Assembly: GCF_009914755.1 (NCBI RefSeq)
Contig: NC_060931.1
Reading direction: 5' to 3' (one strand)
Source of the DNA: the human T2T-CHM13v2.0 reference genome, Homo sapiens
DNA length: 64,000 nucleotides
Shown here: one piece after another, positions 1 to 11,689 of the stretch
Layout of the letters: each line of letters begins with the position of its first letter
How positions within the stretch are numbered: position 1 is the first letter of the stretch
Position numbers and translations under genes: made by a program
The notes under the pieces: generated by a model
What the model saw: only the letters and a program-made list of their open reading frames with translations
What the model was told of the DNA's origin: nothing
Database searches by the model: none

Positions 1-149
1 AGGTTTGATGAAGAATAGAACAACCAAACAAATCAGGAAGGTTTGAGTAACAGGCCATTGCTTATCATAGTCTGCAAGGTATCTCAAGAATTTGACCAAG
101 AGAGACAGTGCTTGTGACAAAAGATAGAAAAGCTGGTCAAAAAGACAAA

Positions 150-290
150 TTTCACTTTATTCATTATTCATGTAGTCACTAGTTTATAAAATGCTTATTG
201 AATATGTACTATAAGGTGGGGGCTGTTTGGTGCTGAAGATATGAGGGAGAGTAAAAGTAGACAGGGTTCATGACCCTCAAAGCTTACAGA
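150..290 (-). mobile_element. L2 LINE 3' end fragment (degraded)
   Basis: tcattattca...atgcttattgaatatgtactat...ggtgctgaagatatg...catgaccctcaaagcttaca resembles the antisense L2 3' tail. Boundaries approximate. Confidence 0.55.
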
Positions 291-1028
291 CCCCTCAAAG
301 CAACAATATTAAGCTTAGTAACAATTTTGCCCAAGTCGTGAAATCTTGACATTCAGCTTTGGCCACATGGTTCTGTCAGGTCCCAGCTCTTTTGGTTCTG
401 ACTCTTCTGGATCTTATTATCTTGTATTTTTCACTCTATCTGTTGACCTAATGTATTTCCATTCTGATGTGTGCAGTTCAGCACAATCCTGACATCATGA
501 ACTTAAAAGCCTGCCTTGTTAATAGATTTTATTTTTTGAATGTTGACTATGGACAGGATTTGGCTTGCGTGTGATAATTGGTAACCATATGACTAATAGG
601 AGGAGGTTTTATAATTGGTCTGCTCTTGTATTCTTACTCATCACTGCTAATTACCCAGTGTGTCTGATATGCCAGATGGATATTTAATAAATGGTCTAAT
701 GATTGGATCTGAAATAACATATTCAGGTTCAAGAGAACCATGGTCCTGGGAGGGAGGTCACACAGTTCTCCATTCTGCCATCCAGCACCGTTGCTTTTAG
801 ATGAAGTTTGATGAGGCTGAATTAGATCCTGACAATTGTATGGCATTTTTGTTTAATTCCAAGGAAATTTTCTTTCATGGGCTTACCATGATTTCTATGG
901 AAACTCATTTTGGGGAAAATCCTCAGTCTGACTTGTTCCAAGTTGGATTTACTTACTCTGGCAAAGTTATGACCTATTAAAAAGTGCTAATGGAGACAAC
1001 TGAGAAGCTAAGTTTCAGGGAACCGTGT

Positions 1029-1426
1029 TGTCTTAGTCTGCTTTGTGTTACTGTAAGAGAATACTTGAGACTGGATGATTTACACAGAGAGCTGGCATCT
1101 GCTCAGCTGCTGGTGAGGGCTTTCATGCTGCGTCACAACATGGCGGAAGGTCAAAGGGGAAGCGGAAATGCGCCAAGGGGCAAAATCCAAGGGGTGTCCT
1201 GGCTTGATACCAATGCACTCTTGTAGGAACGAATCCCTTTCCTGATCCAGCCTTCCCAGAATGAGATTTCACTGTCTACTGCAGTTACAGCACCAAGGTA
1301 TTTGTAAGGCATCTGCCCCCATGACCCAAACACCTCCTGCTAGGCCTCACCTCCCAACACTACCCCACTGGGAATCAAATGTCAACATCACTTTTGGTGA
1401 GGACAAACTATATCCAAACCATAGCA
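1029..1426 (-). mobile_element. ERVL-MaLR solo LTR (MSTC/MSTD-like)
   Basis: Starts tgtcttagtc and ends ccaaaccatagca (MaLR termini, antisense). 5-bp TSD cgtgt/catgt differs only by CpG decay. Confidence 0.85.
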
Positions 1427-2164
1427 CATGTGAAGGAAAAAGGAAAGAAAAAGGGAGGGAAGAATAGAAAGACTGTAGTAAGAAATCCATGATCGGTGCG
1501 AAACATGGAGTTTTCACAACGAGCTAAAGAAACACTATAGGCTGTCTCCTAGAGACACACATTTCTGCCATCTAATCTGCAGATTTGTTTACATTAAAAA
1601 ACAAGACTAAATTTAAGCTTCAAAGTAAAAGCTCAACATTTAGGGAGACATACGGGCTGTTTGCTTTGAATGAGGGGCAGGAGCCAGCCTTCTCCGAATT
1701 GGCCCAGAGAAAATTTTTGAAACACAGAAATGTAATAATAGCTGGCACATGGGATGTGTGGAATGAAATCAGCACTTTCAAAAAGAAAAGAATGAAGAGA
1801 ATAATAATAATAAGCCAATGCATTCAGTTCTTTTGGTTAATGTCAAATTTTACTCACCAATCTTAACAGATCTACTAGTGATTACTCTTATTTGGGTATT
1901 TCCACTGGAAAATTATCCAGTTTGTGAAAAGTCTCAGTCATTTGTTATGAAGAACACAGCTTTCATTTTGTCCCAAAATTAGATGGGACTGAATTACCCC
2001 CACCAAGATGATTCAAGCTGCCTACTCGTGCCCAGCTCTGCCCTTGCTTTTGGCAGGGTACAGCATGGCATTTAGCCTTGGCGTTATCCCTGATTGCCTG
2101 GCCAGGCCTACATCAGAGTTAGTGGGGGAGGAGGAGGAGAAGAAGGAGGAGTTGGTATAGCTGA

Positions 2165-2360
2165 CTGTTGAAGAGCTTAGGATTTGGAGCCAGAAAGACC
2201 TGGGTTCAAAGTTCAAATTTGCCTCTTACTATGTGAGCTTCGAGTTCTAAATAAATCTTAATGATAACATGAGCTTATTACAAAGATTTGATGAGATAAT
2301 ATACACTAAGGGCTTAGTTCAGTGCGTGGCACATGACATGTAATGGTACCTGTTGTTGCT
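2165..2360 (+). mobile_element. MIR SINE
   Basis: tttggagccagaaagacctgggttcaaa ... tgagataatatacac...agtgcgtggcacat matches MIR core and tail. Approximate ends. Confidence 0.7.
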
Positions 2361-2436
2361 GGGAGTCTTGATCTTAGTATGGGTGGTTTAAAAGAAGAAA
2401 GTAAGTGGGTCAGTCTTAGTTTCTAAATCCATTGTA

Positions 2437-2630
2437 CAGTGCCATCCAATAGAACATTCTCGAATAATAGAAATTTCTATATCTGTGCTACCCAATACAG
2501 TTTAGTGTCTTGCTGCATATAGCTATTGAGCTCTTCAGATTTGGCTAGAGGAAGTGACTTTTCACATTTAACTGATTTAAATTTCAATAGCCATGTGTGA
2601 TCTGTGACTACCATGTTAGGCAGCACAGCT
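2437..2630. mobile_element. MER3-like hAT-Charlie non-autonomous DNA transposon
   Basis: cagtgccatccaatagaac...ctatatctgtgctacccaata...gctattgagc...aatagccatgtgtg...actaccatgttaggcagcacag. Confidence 0.7.
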
Positions 2631-2848
2631 TTATGAGATTAATATTGTAGAATCATGTGACAAAAAGCAGCATTGTGAGAGAACAGTTACGTGAAAATAT
2701 AAGGAAGCATAGAGCTCATGGGGTTGAGCCAGTCAGAATCGCATTTTTAATTAGTCATGGACACTACTCTTATTATGTCCTTTATTGTACAAACAAAAAA
2801 ATAGAAAACATTTCCAAACCTTAAATGTCAAACAGTCCAGTGTCAAGA

Positions 2849-3261
2849 TGTATTAGTTTGTTCTCACACTGCTATAAAGAGACACCTGAGCTTGGGTAAT
2901 TTATAAAGAAAAAAGGTTTAACTGGCTCATGGTTCTATAAGCTGTATAGGAAGCATAGCTGCTTCTGCTTCTGGGGAGGCCTCAGGAAACTTACAATCAT
3001 AGTGGAAGGTGAAGGGGAAGCAGGCACGTCTTACATATTGGAGCAGGAGCAAGAGAGAGAGAGGGGATGTGCTACCCACTTCTAAACAACCAGATCCCAT
3101 GAGAACTGACCGTCAGGAGGACAGTACCAAGGGGAGGACGGTGTTAAATCACGAAAAACCACCCCCATGACCCGATCACCTCCCATCAGGCCCCTCCTCC
3201 AACATTGGGGATTGCAATTCAGCAGGAGATTTGGGTGGGGACACAGATCCAAACCATAACA
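2849..3261 (-). mobile_element. ERVL-MaLR solo LTR (MSTA/MSTB-like)
   Basis: tgtattagtttgttctcacactgctataaag ... gatccaaaccataaca, with a perfect 5-bp TSD caaga at 2844-2848 and 3262-3266. Confidence 0.92.
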
Positions 3262-3835
3262 CAAGAGCTATTTGACAAATTGTAATCCCACCAAAATGAA
3301 AGAGATTCAACTTTGATTTAGAATCTACAATAGCAAAATTTTCACCATTTAGTAAACAGCCATGGTGAACACATGATGCAGTATCAAGTCTAACCACTGA
3401 GCCCTGTCAAACACAGGAGAGCTTCCTAAGTGTCCTCCTTAAAGTACATGTTGCACCTGTACAGGTGAGAGCCATTTTTTGGACAAGATAATAGAGGAAT
3501 CCATGTTAATGTAACTCACTGCTGAGTTGGCAATGAGCTCGCTCATTGGCAGCCAAATGAAAAAGCCCATATGGGAAGAAATTAATAAAGCTGGCATGTT
3601 TTCTGTTCCTATCAGCGTAACCCAAGATACAGGGATAAATAGTGTTTGTTCAGTAATGACTCAAATGTGTCACAGGCATTTTGAAAGAATGTCTATGGTA
3701 AAGTTTAAATATTAGGACAATTATAGTCCAATGTGTCCCACGTCCAAGATGCATAAAATAGTGTTTCAAAAAGGACTGGGTTTACATAGTACTTCATATT
3801 TTACATAAAGACTCTGCATAGTTGAAATAAAAGTG

Positions 3836-4190
3836 GCCTGACACTGGGATTCAAGAGCCCTGGTTTTGAGACCTGTTTTGCTGGTTACCAGTTGGTAGTT
3901 CTCAACAAGCTATTAACGCTCTCTGTGCCTGTTTCCACACATTTGAAAATGGGGTTGATACTATCTCATAAGATTCTTATAAAGGTTAAATGGAAAACTA
4001 AAAAGCACTTTGCAAATGAGAAGCATTATCATCACCATCATCATTATCTTCATCATCATGATGTTATTTTTACTTTCTCAACAATCTCCTGAGGGAGCTA
4101 GATAGAGCAAGTAGACCATTCACAAATGAGGAGACTGAAGGTGAGAGGATTTAAGTAACTTCCCAAGGTCACACAACTAGGAAGACTAGC
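3836..4190. mobile_element. Two MIR fragments in opposite orientation separated by a (CAT)n tract
   Basis: Sense MIR core ctctctgtgcctgtttcc...aaaatgggg near 3920, and antisense core acaaatgaggagactgaagg...aagtaacttcccaaggtcacacaactag near 4122-4180. Confidence 0.65.
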
Positions 4191-4367
4191 ATTCTCATCA
4201 CAGCTATGAAAAACTGGGTGAAGTTTAGCTGAGGAACATAAAGGTTTTCTATTTCTTTTGGATCTCATCCTTTAGATTACAGAATTATAAAAATGAAAAA
4301 GTCAGAACTGTGTTTAGATACAAGCAAGAGAGACCCCCACCAAAGGTCTTGTGTGTTAGTTACAACA

Positions 4368-4575
4368 AGGGCCAACCAACTGGACCAAATCTGGCCTGCT
4401 TTGGTTAATAAAGTTCTATTAAAACGCCGTCACCCTCATTCATTTACAAGCTGTCTTTGGCTGCTTTTGCACTACAACAGCAGAACTGAATGGTTGCAAT
4501 AGAAACCCTATGGACCACAATGCTAAAAACATGTACAATCTGGCCCTTTACAGAAAAAGTTTGCCAACTCCTGCT
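4368..4575. mobile_element. MER58A-like hAT-Charlie DNA transposon
   Basis: aataaagttctattaaaac...catttac...ggctgcttttgcactacaacagcagaactga...tctggccctttacagaaaaagtttgccaactcctg. Confidence 0.8.
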
Positions 4576-5240
4576 TTAGAAGGCCCCAGTATCGCAAACC
4601 ACACAAAAATAAATGTGTTAAAGAACACATGGCTGTTCTATTTGGTGATTGGCACTAGAAGAGTGTGACTCATGTCCTTGAATAGCCACTGTTGTGACCA
4701 GTACTCCTCAGGCCTCAGGCCCCAGATCACATCTGCCTTGTGTCCTTGAGACCAAAGAGACTACCTCTGGGTGCCAGGAAGGTTTGGGACTTCTGCCATT
4801 GTTCACTTGGGCCAGCAAGGCCTTGGGTCTGGAGAATTTGAGCGGCATAAGTACTCAGAAAACAGAAATGACAAATCAAGTAATTTGTCAAACCCTTCCC
4901 CCAAACAGCATAAACTACAGTAGATTCTTGCATAACAAAGTATCAGTTCCCAGTGGAGGCAGGCATCCTTGCCCTCTTTGAGTTTCAATTCCTGGTTTTG
5001 GATCTGGGGGTGCTCACAGATTGGCAAAGTACACAGATGTGCGTGGCAACTGGGGACCATTTTGCAATATTAAGTAACTCATGTTACTTGAAAAATTTTT
5101 TTATGGAGGTCATTGTATAACATGCATGAATTGTGATGCTTTTTTCTTTATTGGCAACTAGATGGACGTTGAACAGTAGAATTGTGAAGGGTGTTATTTT
5201 CCTAAAATGATTTCATTTAAATAATTTTTATTTAAATATT

Positions 5241-5601
5241 TGACATTGTCCATTTCAGGCTGCTATAACAGAATACCTTAGAATGTTTAATTTATAAACA
5301 ATAGAAGTTTATTGCTCATAGTTCTGGAGACTGGGAAGTCCAAGGCCAAGATACCAGCTGACTCAGTGTCTGCTGAGGGCCTGTTTCTTCACAGATGGTG
5401 CCTTCTATGGGTTCTAACATGGTAGAAGGGCAAAAGGGGCTCAGAAGCTTCCCACACCTCTTTTATAAGGTCACAAATCTCACTGTGAGAGCCCTCATGA
5501 CCTAATCACCTCCCAAAGTCCCTACCTTCTAATAATATGAGCTTGGTGATTAGATTTCAACACATAAATTTTGGTAGGATACAAACATTCAGATCATAGC
5601 A
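5241..5601 (-). mobile_element. ERVL-MaLR solo LTR (MLT1A-like)
   Basis: gtccatttcaggctgctataacagaatacc...agttctggagactgggaagtccaag...aaacattcagatcatagca. Confidence 0.85.
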
Positions 5602-6014
5602 GATATTCATGTATTATAATTTGTATTTTGCCTCTTAATTTTAAAGATAAATTTTGAATTTTTAGAAGAAAAATACGCATTTGAAAGCACTAAAGTTTTA
5701 GATTGGGGGACTTTTAAATATTTATTTTAATTTAATTTATTTGATGAAAATACATTCAAATTGTGTATGCTTTAAATACCAATATGTCTTATTTTTATAA
5801 TCCTTTGAGCATTACGGTCAATGAAATAAAATCTAGGCTTCTCATTTTTATTGGTAGTCATGCTTTTTTAGTTTTGGCAATAACAAAAACAATATGCTTA
5901 TCTTTAATTATTTAAAAAAATTAGAGAACAGATGAGAAAGTGACTGAAGAGAATTATTATTATGGTCCTAATAGGGACTGTAGTTGGAATTGGGTTTATT
6001 CCATTCTACTCCAG

Positions 6015-8399
6015 TGTATTAGCCTGTTCTCATGCTGCTAATAAAGATATACCTGAGATTGGGTAATTTATAAAGGAAAAAGGTTTAATTGGCTCACAGG
6101 TCAGTATCACTGGGGAAGCCTCAGGAAACTTACAATCATGGTAGAAGGGGAAACAAATCCGTCCTTCTTCACATGGTGGCAGGAAGGAGAAGTGCAGAGC
6201 AAAGTGGAGAAAAGCCCTTTATTAAATCATCAGCTCTCATGAGAACTCACTCTATCATGAGAACAGCATGGGGGAAACCACCCCCATAATCTAATCACCT
6301 CCCACGAGGTTCCTCCCCCAGCACATGAAAATTACAACTCGGATTACAATAGAAGATGAGATTTGGGTGGGGACATACAGCCTGACCATATCATTCTGCC
6401 CCTTGCCCCTACCAAATCTCATCTTTCTCACATTTCAAAGCAAAATTTTGTCTTCCCAACAGTCCCCCAAAGTCTTAACTCATTCCGACATTAATCCAAA
6501 AGCCCAAGTCCAAAGTCTCATCTGAGACAAGGAAAGTCCCTTCTGCCTAGGAGCCTGTAAAATCAAAAGCCAGTTAGTTACTTCCTGGATACAATGGGGG
6601 TAAATATATTCATCCCAAACAAAACTGTGAGCTTGTTGGTTCCTGTAGCTACAAAGTCAGACACCCATCCATCTAGGAGGAGTTACAGCTAGACCCAGGA
6701 ACTCAAGCATCTGTCTACCCACCCAATGGGAGAAATTGGCCATAACAAAGGGGCTACATGCCCCATGCAAGTCTGAAATCCAATAGGGTAGTCATTAAAT
6801 CTTAAAGTTCCACAGTGATCTCCTTTGACTCCATGTCTCACATCCAGGTCACACTGAAACAAGAGATAGGCTCCCATGGCCTTGGGCAGCTCTGCCGCTG
6901 TGGCTTTGCAGGGTACAACACCCTTCCCTGTTGCTTTCATGGGCTGATGTTGAGTGTTTGCAGCCTTTCCAGGTGCACAGGGCAAGCTATTGGTGGATCT
7001 ACCATTCTGGGGTCTGGAGGACAGTGGCTCTCTTCTCACAGCTCCACTAAGCAGTGCCTCAGTGGGGACTGTGTCGGGGCTCCCACCCCACATTTCTCTT
7101 CTGCACTGCCCTAGCAGAGGTTCTCCATGAGGGCTCTGCCCCTGCAGCAAACTTCTGCCTAGACATCCAGACATTTCCATACTCCTCTGAAATCTAGGTG
7201 GAGGGTCCCAAACTTCAATTCTTGACTTTTGTGTACCTGCAGGCCCAACACTACATGTAAGCTGCCAAAGCTTGAAGCTTGCAACCTCTGAAGCAGCAGC
7301 CTGAGCTGTGCCTTGGCCCCTTTTAGCCACGGCTGGGATGCAGGGTCCCAAGTCCCAAGACTGCACAAAGCCCCAAGGCCCTGGGCCCTGCCCATGAAAC
7401 CATTTTTTCTTCCTAAGATTCCAGGCCTCTAATGGGAGGGGCTGTCTTGAAGGTCTCTGACATGCCCTGGAGATATTTTCCCCCATTGTCTTGGTGATTA
7501 ACATTTGGCTCCTTGTTACTTATGCAAATTTCTGCAGCTGGCTTGAATATATCCCCAGAAAATGGGTTTTTCTTTTCTATTGCATTGTCAGGCTGCAAAT
7601 TTTCCAAACTTTTATGCTTTGTCACCTCTTGAACACTTTGCTGCTCAGAAATTTCTTCTACCAGATACCCTAAATCATCTCTTTCAAGTTCAAATTTCCA
7701 TAGATCTCTAGGGCAGGGGCAAAATGCTGCCAGTCTCTTTGCTAAAGCATAGCAAGAATCACCTTTGCTCCAGTTACCAAGAAATTCCTCATCTCCATCT
7801 CAGACCACCTCAGCCTGGACTTCATTGTCCATATCACTATCAGCATTTTGGTCAAAGTCACTCAACAAGTCTCCAGGGAGTTCCAAACTTTCCTACATCT
7901 TCCTGTCTTCTGAGCCCTCCAAACTGTTCCAACCTCTGCCTGTTACCCAGTTTCAAAGTCACTTCCACATTTATGGGTATCTTTACAGCAGCACCCCACT
8001 ACTACCAGTAGCAAGTTACTTTATTAGTCCTTTCTCATGCTGCCAATAAAGACATACCAGAGACTGGGTAATTTATAAAGGGAAGAGGTTTCATTGACTC
8101 ACAGTTCAGCATGGCTGGAGAAGCCTCAGGAAACTTACAATCATGACAGAAGGGGAAGCAAACACATCCTTCTTCACATGGTGGCAGGAAGGAGAAGTGC
8201 AGAGCAAAGCAGGGAAAAGCCCCTTATAAAACCATCAGATCTCATGAGAACTCAGTCACTATCATAAGAACAGCATGGGGGAATTACCCCGATGATCTAG
8301 TCACCTCCCACGAGGTCCCTCCCCCAAAACATAAAAATTACAATTCAGATTATAATAGAAGATACAATTTGGGTGGGAACACAGAGCCAGACCATATTA
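6015..8399 (-). mobile_element. Complete THE1-type MaLR retrotransposon (LTR 6015-6393, internal 6394-8019, LTR 8020-8399)
   Basis: Two ~380-bp direct LTRs flank a typical THE1 internal sequence. Degenerate TSD tccag/ttcaa. Minus-strand ORFs 6689..7504 and 7413..7625 are pieces of the MaLR internal ORF. Confidence 0.93.
6617..6723 (-). repeat. 107-bp inverted copy of 11420-11526 inserted in the THE1 internal region
   Basis: Manual alignment: 102/107 identical, ungapped, to the reverse complement of 11420-11526. Confidence 0.95.
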
Positions 8400-8917
8400 T
8401 TCAATATTTCTGGGAACCTATTCCTCAGGAAAAGAAAGGGAGTGGGGGAAGAAGTTCTGTTCCATTTTGGGACTGCACAATCCCATTTAACTTTGCTTTC
8501 CAGTGGGTTTAGGTTTCTTTTTCCAGTGACTCATTTAGTAGGAGGCTGCTTCTCAGGGGGCTTCCTTTGACACCAGCACAGAGTTCCTTGAAGCCCCACC
8601 TGAGGTTGCCTTTCCCAGGAGGAGGAGGGAGGGCTGCTGGGCTGGTCTGTAAAGAAGGCAGCCTTTGTTCCATTTATCCTGAAGACAGCTGCTTCCCCTG
8701 GGGTGCCATTATGGCAGTCATTCAGGGAGCTGACAAAGAAAGCCATTTCTCTTGTGAAGACAGACACTCTTCCAGATCCACCCAAGGCACTCCTGGAAAA
8801 CTGGCACCGGGTGTTTTTCATTACTCAAGTGGGTTCCAAGGCAAGCACTCAGCTCTGCCACCCTGGGCCTGGGGGAATTTCTTCCACACTTCAACGAAAT
8901 AATGCGTTCATTTTTTG

Positions 8918-9000
8918 GCTCATTCATTCATTTAGCAAATATAGACTGCACACCTATTGTGTGCCAGGCACTGTGCTAGGCATAGGAGCACAACTGTGAA
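8918..9000 (-). mobile_element. L2 3' end fragment
   Basis: tcattcattcatttagcaaatat...ctattgtgtgccaggcactgtgctaggc. Confidence 0.7.
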
Positions 9001-9017
9001 TGTGGTCAATGTTTTCT

Positions 9018-10315
9018 TGTGCTACATTAAATAGATTTGGTCTTTGTCCATGGTTCCTGGCACAGCACTCTTGAAACCCTTGGGATTTCCAGGAAGGAGT
9101 ATTTGTGGCTTGTCACCAGAAAGACTGAGTGATTAGAGGGTTGGAACTCTCAGCCCACCTGCCCACCTCCCGGGATGGGAGGAAGTGGGAGCTGGAGATT
9201 GAGCTCTATAAAAACTCTTGAACAATGAGATTTGGAGAGCTTCCATGTTGGTGAATGCAGCCATGTGCCGAGAGGGTGGCACTCCCCAGCTCCATGAGAC
9301 AGACGCCCTTGTGCATGGGACTCTTTTGGACCTTGCACTGTGCACCTCTTCATCTGGCTGTTCATTTGTATCCTTTATAATTAACCAGTGTTGGGACTCA
9401 GAAAACAATTCCCCAAAACGAAGGCCTCCAAAGCCACCTCAGAAGCAAAAGTTTTTCTCTGACCTTCTGCCCTCCTGTCTCTCAGTCACACTCTCCCCAG
9501 AGGCAAGCCATACCAGAAACTAAAATTCCTCTTCCACAAGGTGGGTCATAGAAACCAGAACCCCATTTCCCCAAAGCCAGCCATAATACAATATGACTCT
9601 AACTCTCCCTCCCCTTCTGTGTAAAAACTGGCCATAAAGAAATGATCTGACCTACTTTGTTTGACTGTAGGTCATCAGACTCCCATTCCAGAGAGGGTCC
9701 TGTCCCACACCCAGAAGGAAGGAACGCTGCTCAGAGAGGCAAAGAGAATCTAGATAGATAGGCCTTGCTGGGTTTCCTCACTCAATCTATTAGCATCAGA
9801 TCTCCCTTTTTGTCCAATCATATTTTTTTACATAACTCTCCATACTTTGTTGAACCTAAGCATAAAAATGGACCATTTTCCCTGTATCTTTGGGTCTTCA
9901 TCCTGAAGACTCCAGGGTCACATAAAATGATGATCAAATAAATCTGTATGCCTTTTCTCCTATTCTTCTACCTTGTCAGTGATTTTCAGCGAACCTTCAG
10001 AGGGCGAAGGGTAAGTTTTCCCTTGGCCCAGACACCAGCAAATGTAAGTAAAGTATTTTTCTGAGTCCTGTGAGCCACTTTAACAATATGAAACAGGGGG
10101 AAGGGGCTGTGGGAACCCCTGATTTACAGCTGGTCAGTCAGAAATATGGGTGGCCTGGGCCCCGTGACTGGCATCTGAAATAGGGATAGTTTTGTGAGAC
10201 TGAGCTCTTGACTTGTGGGGTTTGCACAAACTCTGGGTTACTAACTCTGGTGTCAGAATTGAATTGTAGGACACCCTACTGGTCTTGGAAAATTTGCTGG
10301 TGTCAGAAAACATCC
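9018..10315 (+). mobile_element. MER21-like LTR, split by a nested LTR
   Basis: tgattagagggttggaactctcagccc...acctcttcatctggctgttcatttgtatcctttataat, resuming after 10038 with aatgtaagtaaagtatttttctgag...gtgtcagaattgaattgtaggacaccc. Outer ends approximate. Confidence 0.75.
9389..10034 (+). mobile_element. MER39-like ERV1 solo LTR nested in the MER21-like LTR
   Basis: TG...CA termini (tgttgggactcagaaaacaat ... cttggcccagaca), perfect 4-bp TSD ccag at 9385-9388 and 10035-10038, aataaa near 9937. Confidence 0.85.
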
Positions 10316-10483
10316 CAGAGTTCCCTACCGCAATGAGCTTACCACGTGTGGCAGGGAAGAGAGATAATGAAACAAGTCATTATAATAAGATAATGAGTTT
10401 GAAGAGGGGGAAGGATGAGGTGCCCAGAGGGCCCACAGCAGGGGGATTTGTCCTAACTGAGAACAGATAGAAAGTGTCCCTGA

Positions 10484-10698
10484 AGTTGGGCGCAGTGTCT
10501 TGAGCCTGTAATCCCAGTACTTTGGGAGGATCACTTGAGCCTAGGAGTTTGAGATCAACCTGGGCAACATGGCGAAAACTAATCTCTACCAAAAAAAAAA
10601 AAAAAAAAGTTAGCTGGGCATGATGGCACGCACCTGTAATCCCATCTACCTGGGAGGCTGAGGTGGGAGGATCATCTGAGCCCAGGAGGTCAAGGCTG
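10484..10698 (+). mobile_element. AluJ-like element lacking its 3' end and poly(A) tail
   Basis: ggaggatcacttgagcctaggagttt (J-type) left arm, A-rich linker, right arm stops at aggtcaaggctg. Confidence 0.88.
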
Positions 10699-11044
10699 GC
10701 AAAGAGGGCAAGGAAAGAGCTCCAGGGAGAGGGAGGAGCGTGGGCCTGTGGGAGGGCTGGCTGAAGACCAGGCTGGAGGTAGAGTGGGCCTGCATTTGAA
10801 GGACACCTATGCCAAGTAAGACAAGCACTGGAATAATCCTAACCTCAGGATGATAACAACTTCACAAAGCCTTTCAGACACCTGTGGATATTTCCCCTTC
10901 AGAATGCTCCTGAGCCTCATTCATTCATTCAACAAGTGTCGAGGAAGCATGTTTCATGTGCATGTGCTGGTGAGGAGCTGGGACTACTCAGTGAAGTCAG
11001 ATGCCATCTGTACAATGGAGGAAACAACAGCCTGGCCCTGAGGA

Positions 11045-11582
11045 GAAGCATCATGGATGCAGGCTTGCTTCTGCCCATCATCTCTTTACGGCATAGCCCT
11101 GCTTGCAGTCAGTGTGGTTTCATTGGCACTAATGTCACCTCTGCTAGCTCCAAGGAGGAGGGTGTGACCAGCCCTGGCTAATCAGAGTATCACAATCCTT
11201 TTGACCATTGTGATTGGTTCAGAAATTGACACATGACCTGAGTTCAGCCATTTAAATCCTTCCCCAGGACTTTTGGTGGAGCTAATGAGGAAGGCACCCG
11301 CCATCTGAAACAGCAAATAAGAACAGGGTGAGCCTGGAGATGTCAGGAGCTGCCTTTGCCGCCTCATGGAAAAAGCTTGCCTGAAATTAGAGCCAACACA
11401 GAGGAAAGGAGATCTAAAAGGTGGGTAGACAGATGCTTGAGTTCCTGGGTCTAGCTGTAACTCCTCCTAGATGGTTGGGTGTCTGACTTTGTAGTTACAG
11501 GAACCAACAAGGTCACTTTTTTGTTTAAGTTAATGGAAGTTGAGGCTTTCTCGACTTACAAGCAAGAATTCTGATTAATACA
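11045..11582 (+). mobile_element. Ancient ERVL-MaLR LTR (MLT1K/L-like)
   Basis: tgtgattggttcag...cacatgacc...gcttgcctgaaattagagccaacacagaggaaag...aagaattctgattaataca terminus. 5' end approximate. Confidence 0.72.
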
Positions 11583-11689
11583 GCAGACACCTGGGCCACC
11601 AACTTCACAATGATCTGATAAATGCCATTATAATAGAGGAAAGACAAGGGGGCGGGACAGTGTAATGTGGGAGGGGCTGGTGCAGCTCA

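Noticed and set aside
3892-4092. ORF with a poly-histidine run
   Set aside because: It translates a (CAT)n tract between two MIR fragments.
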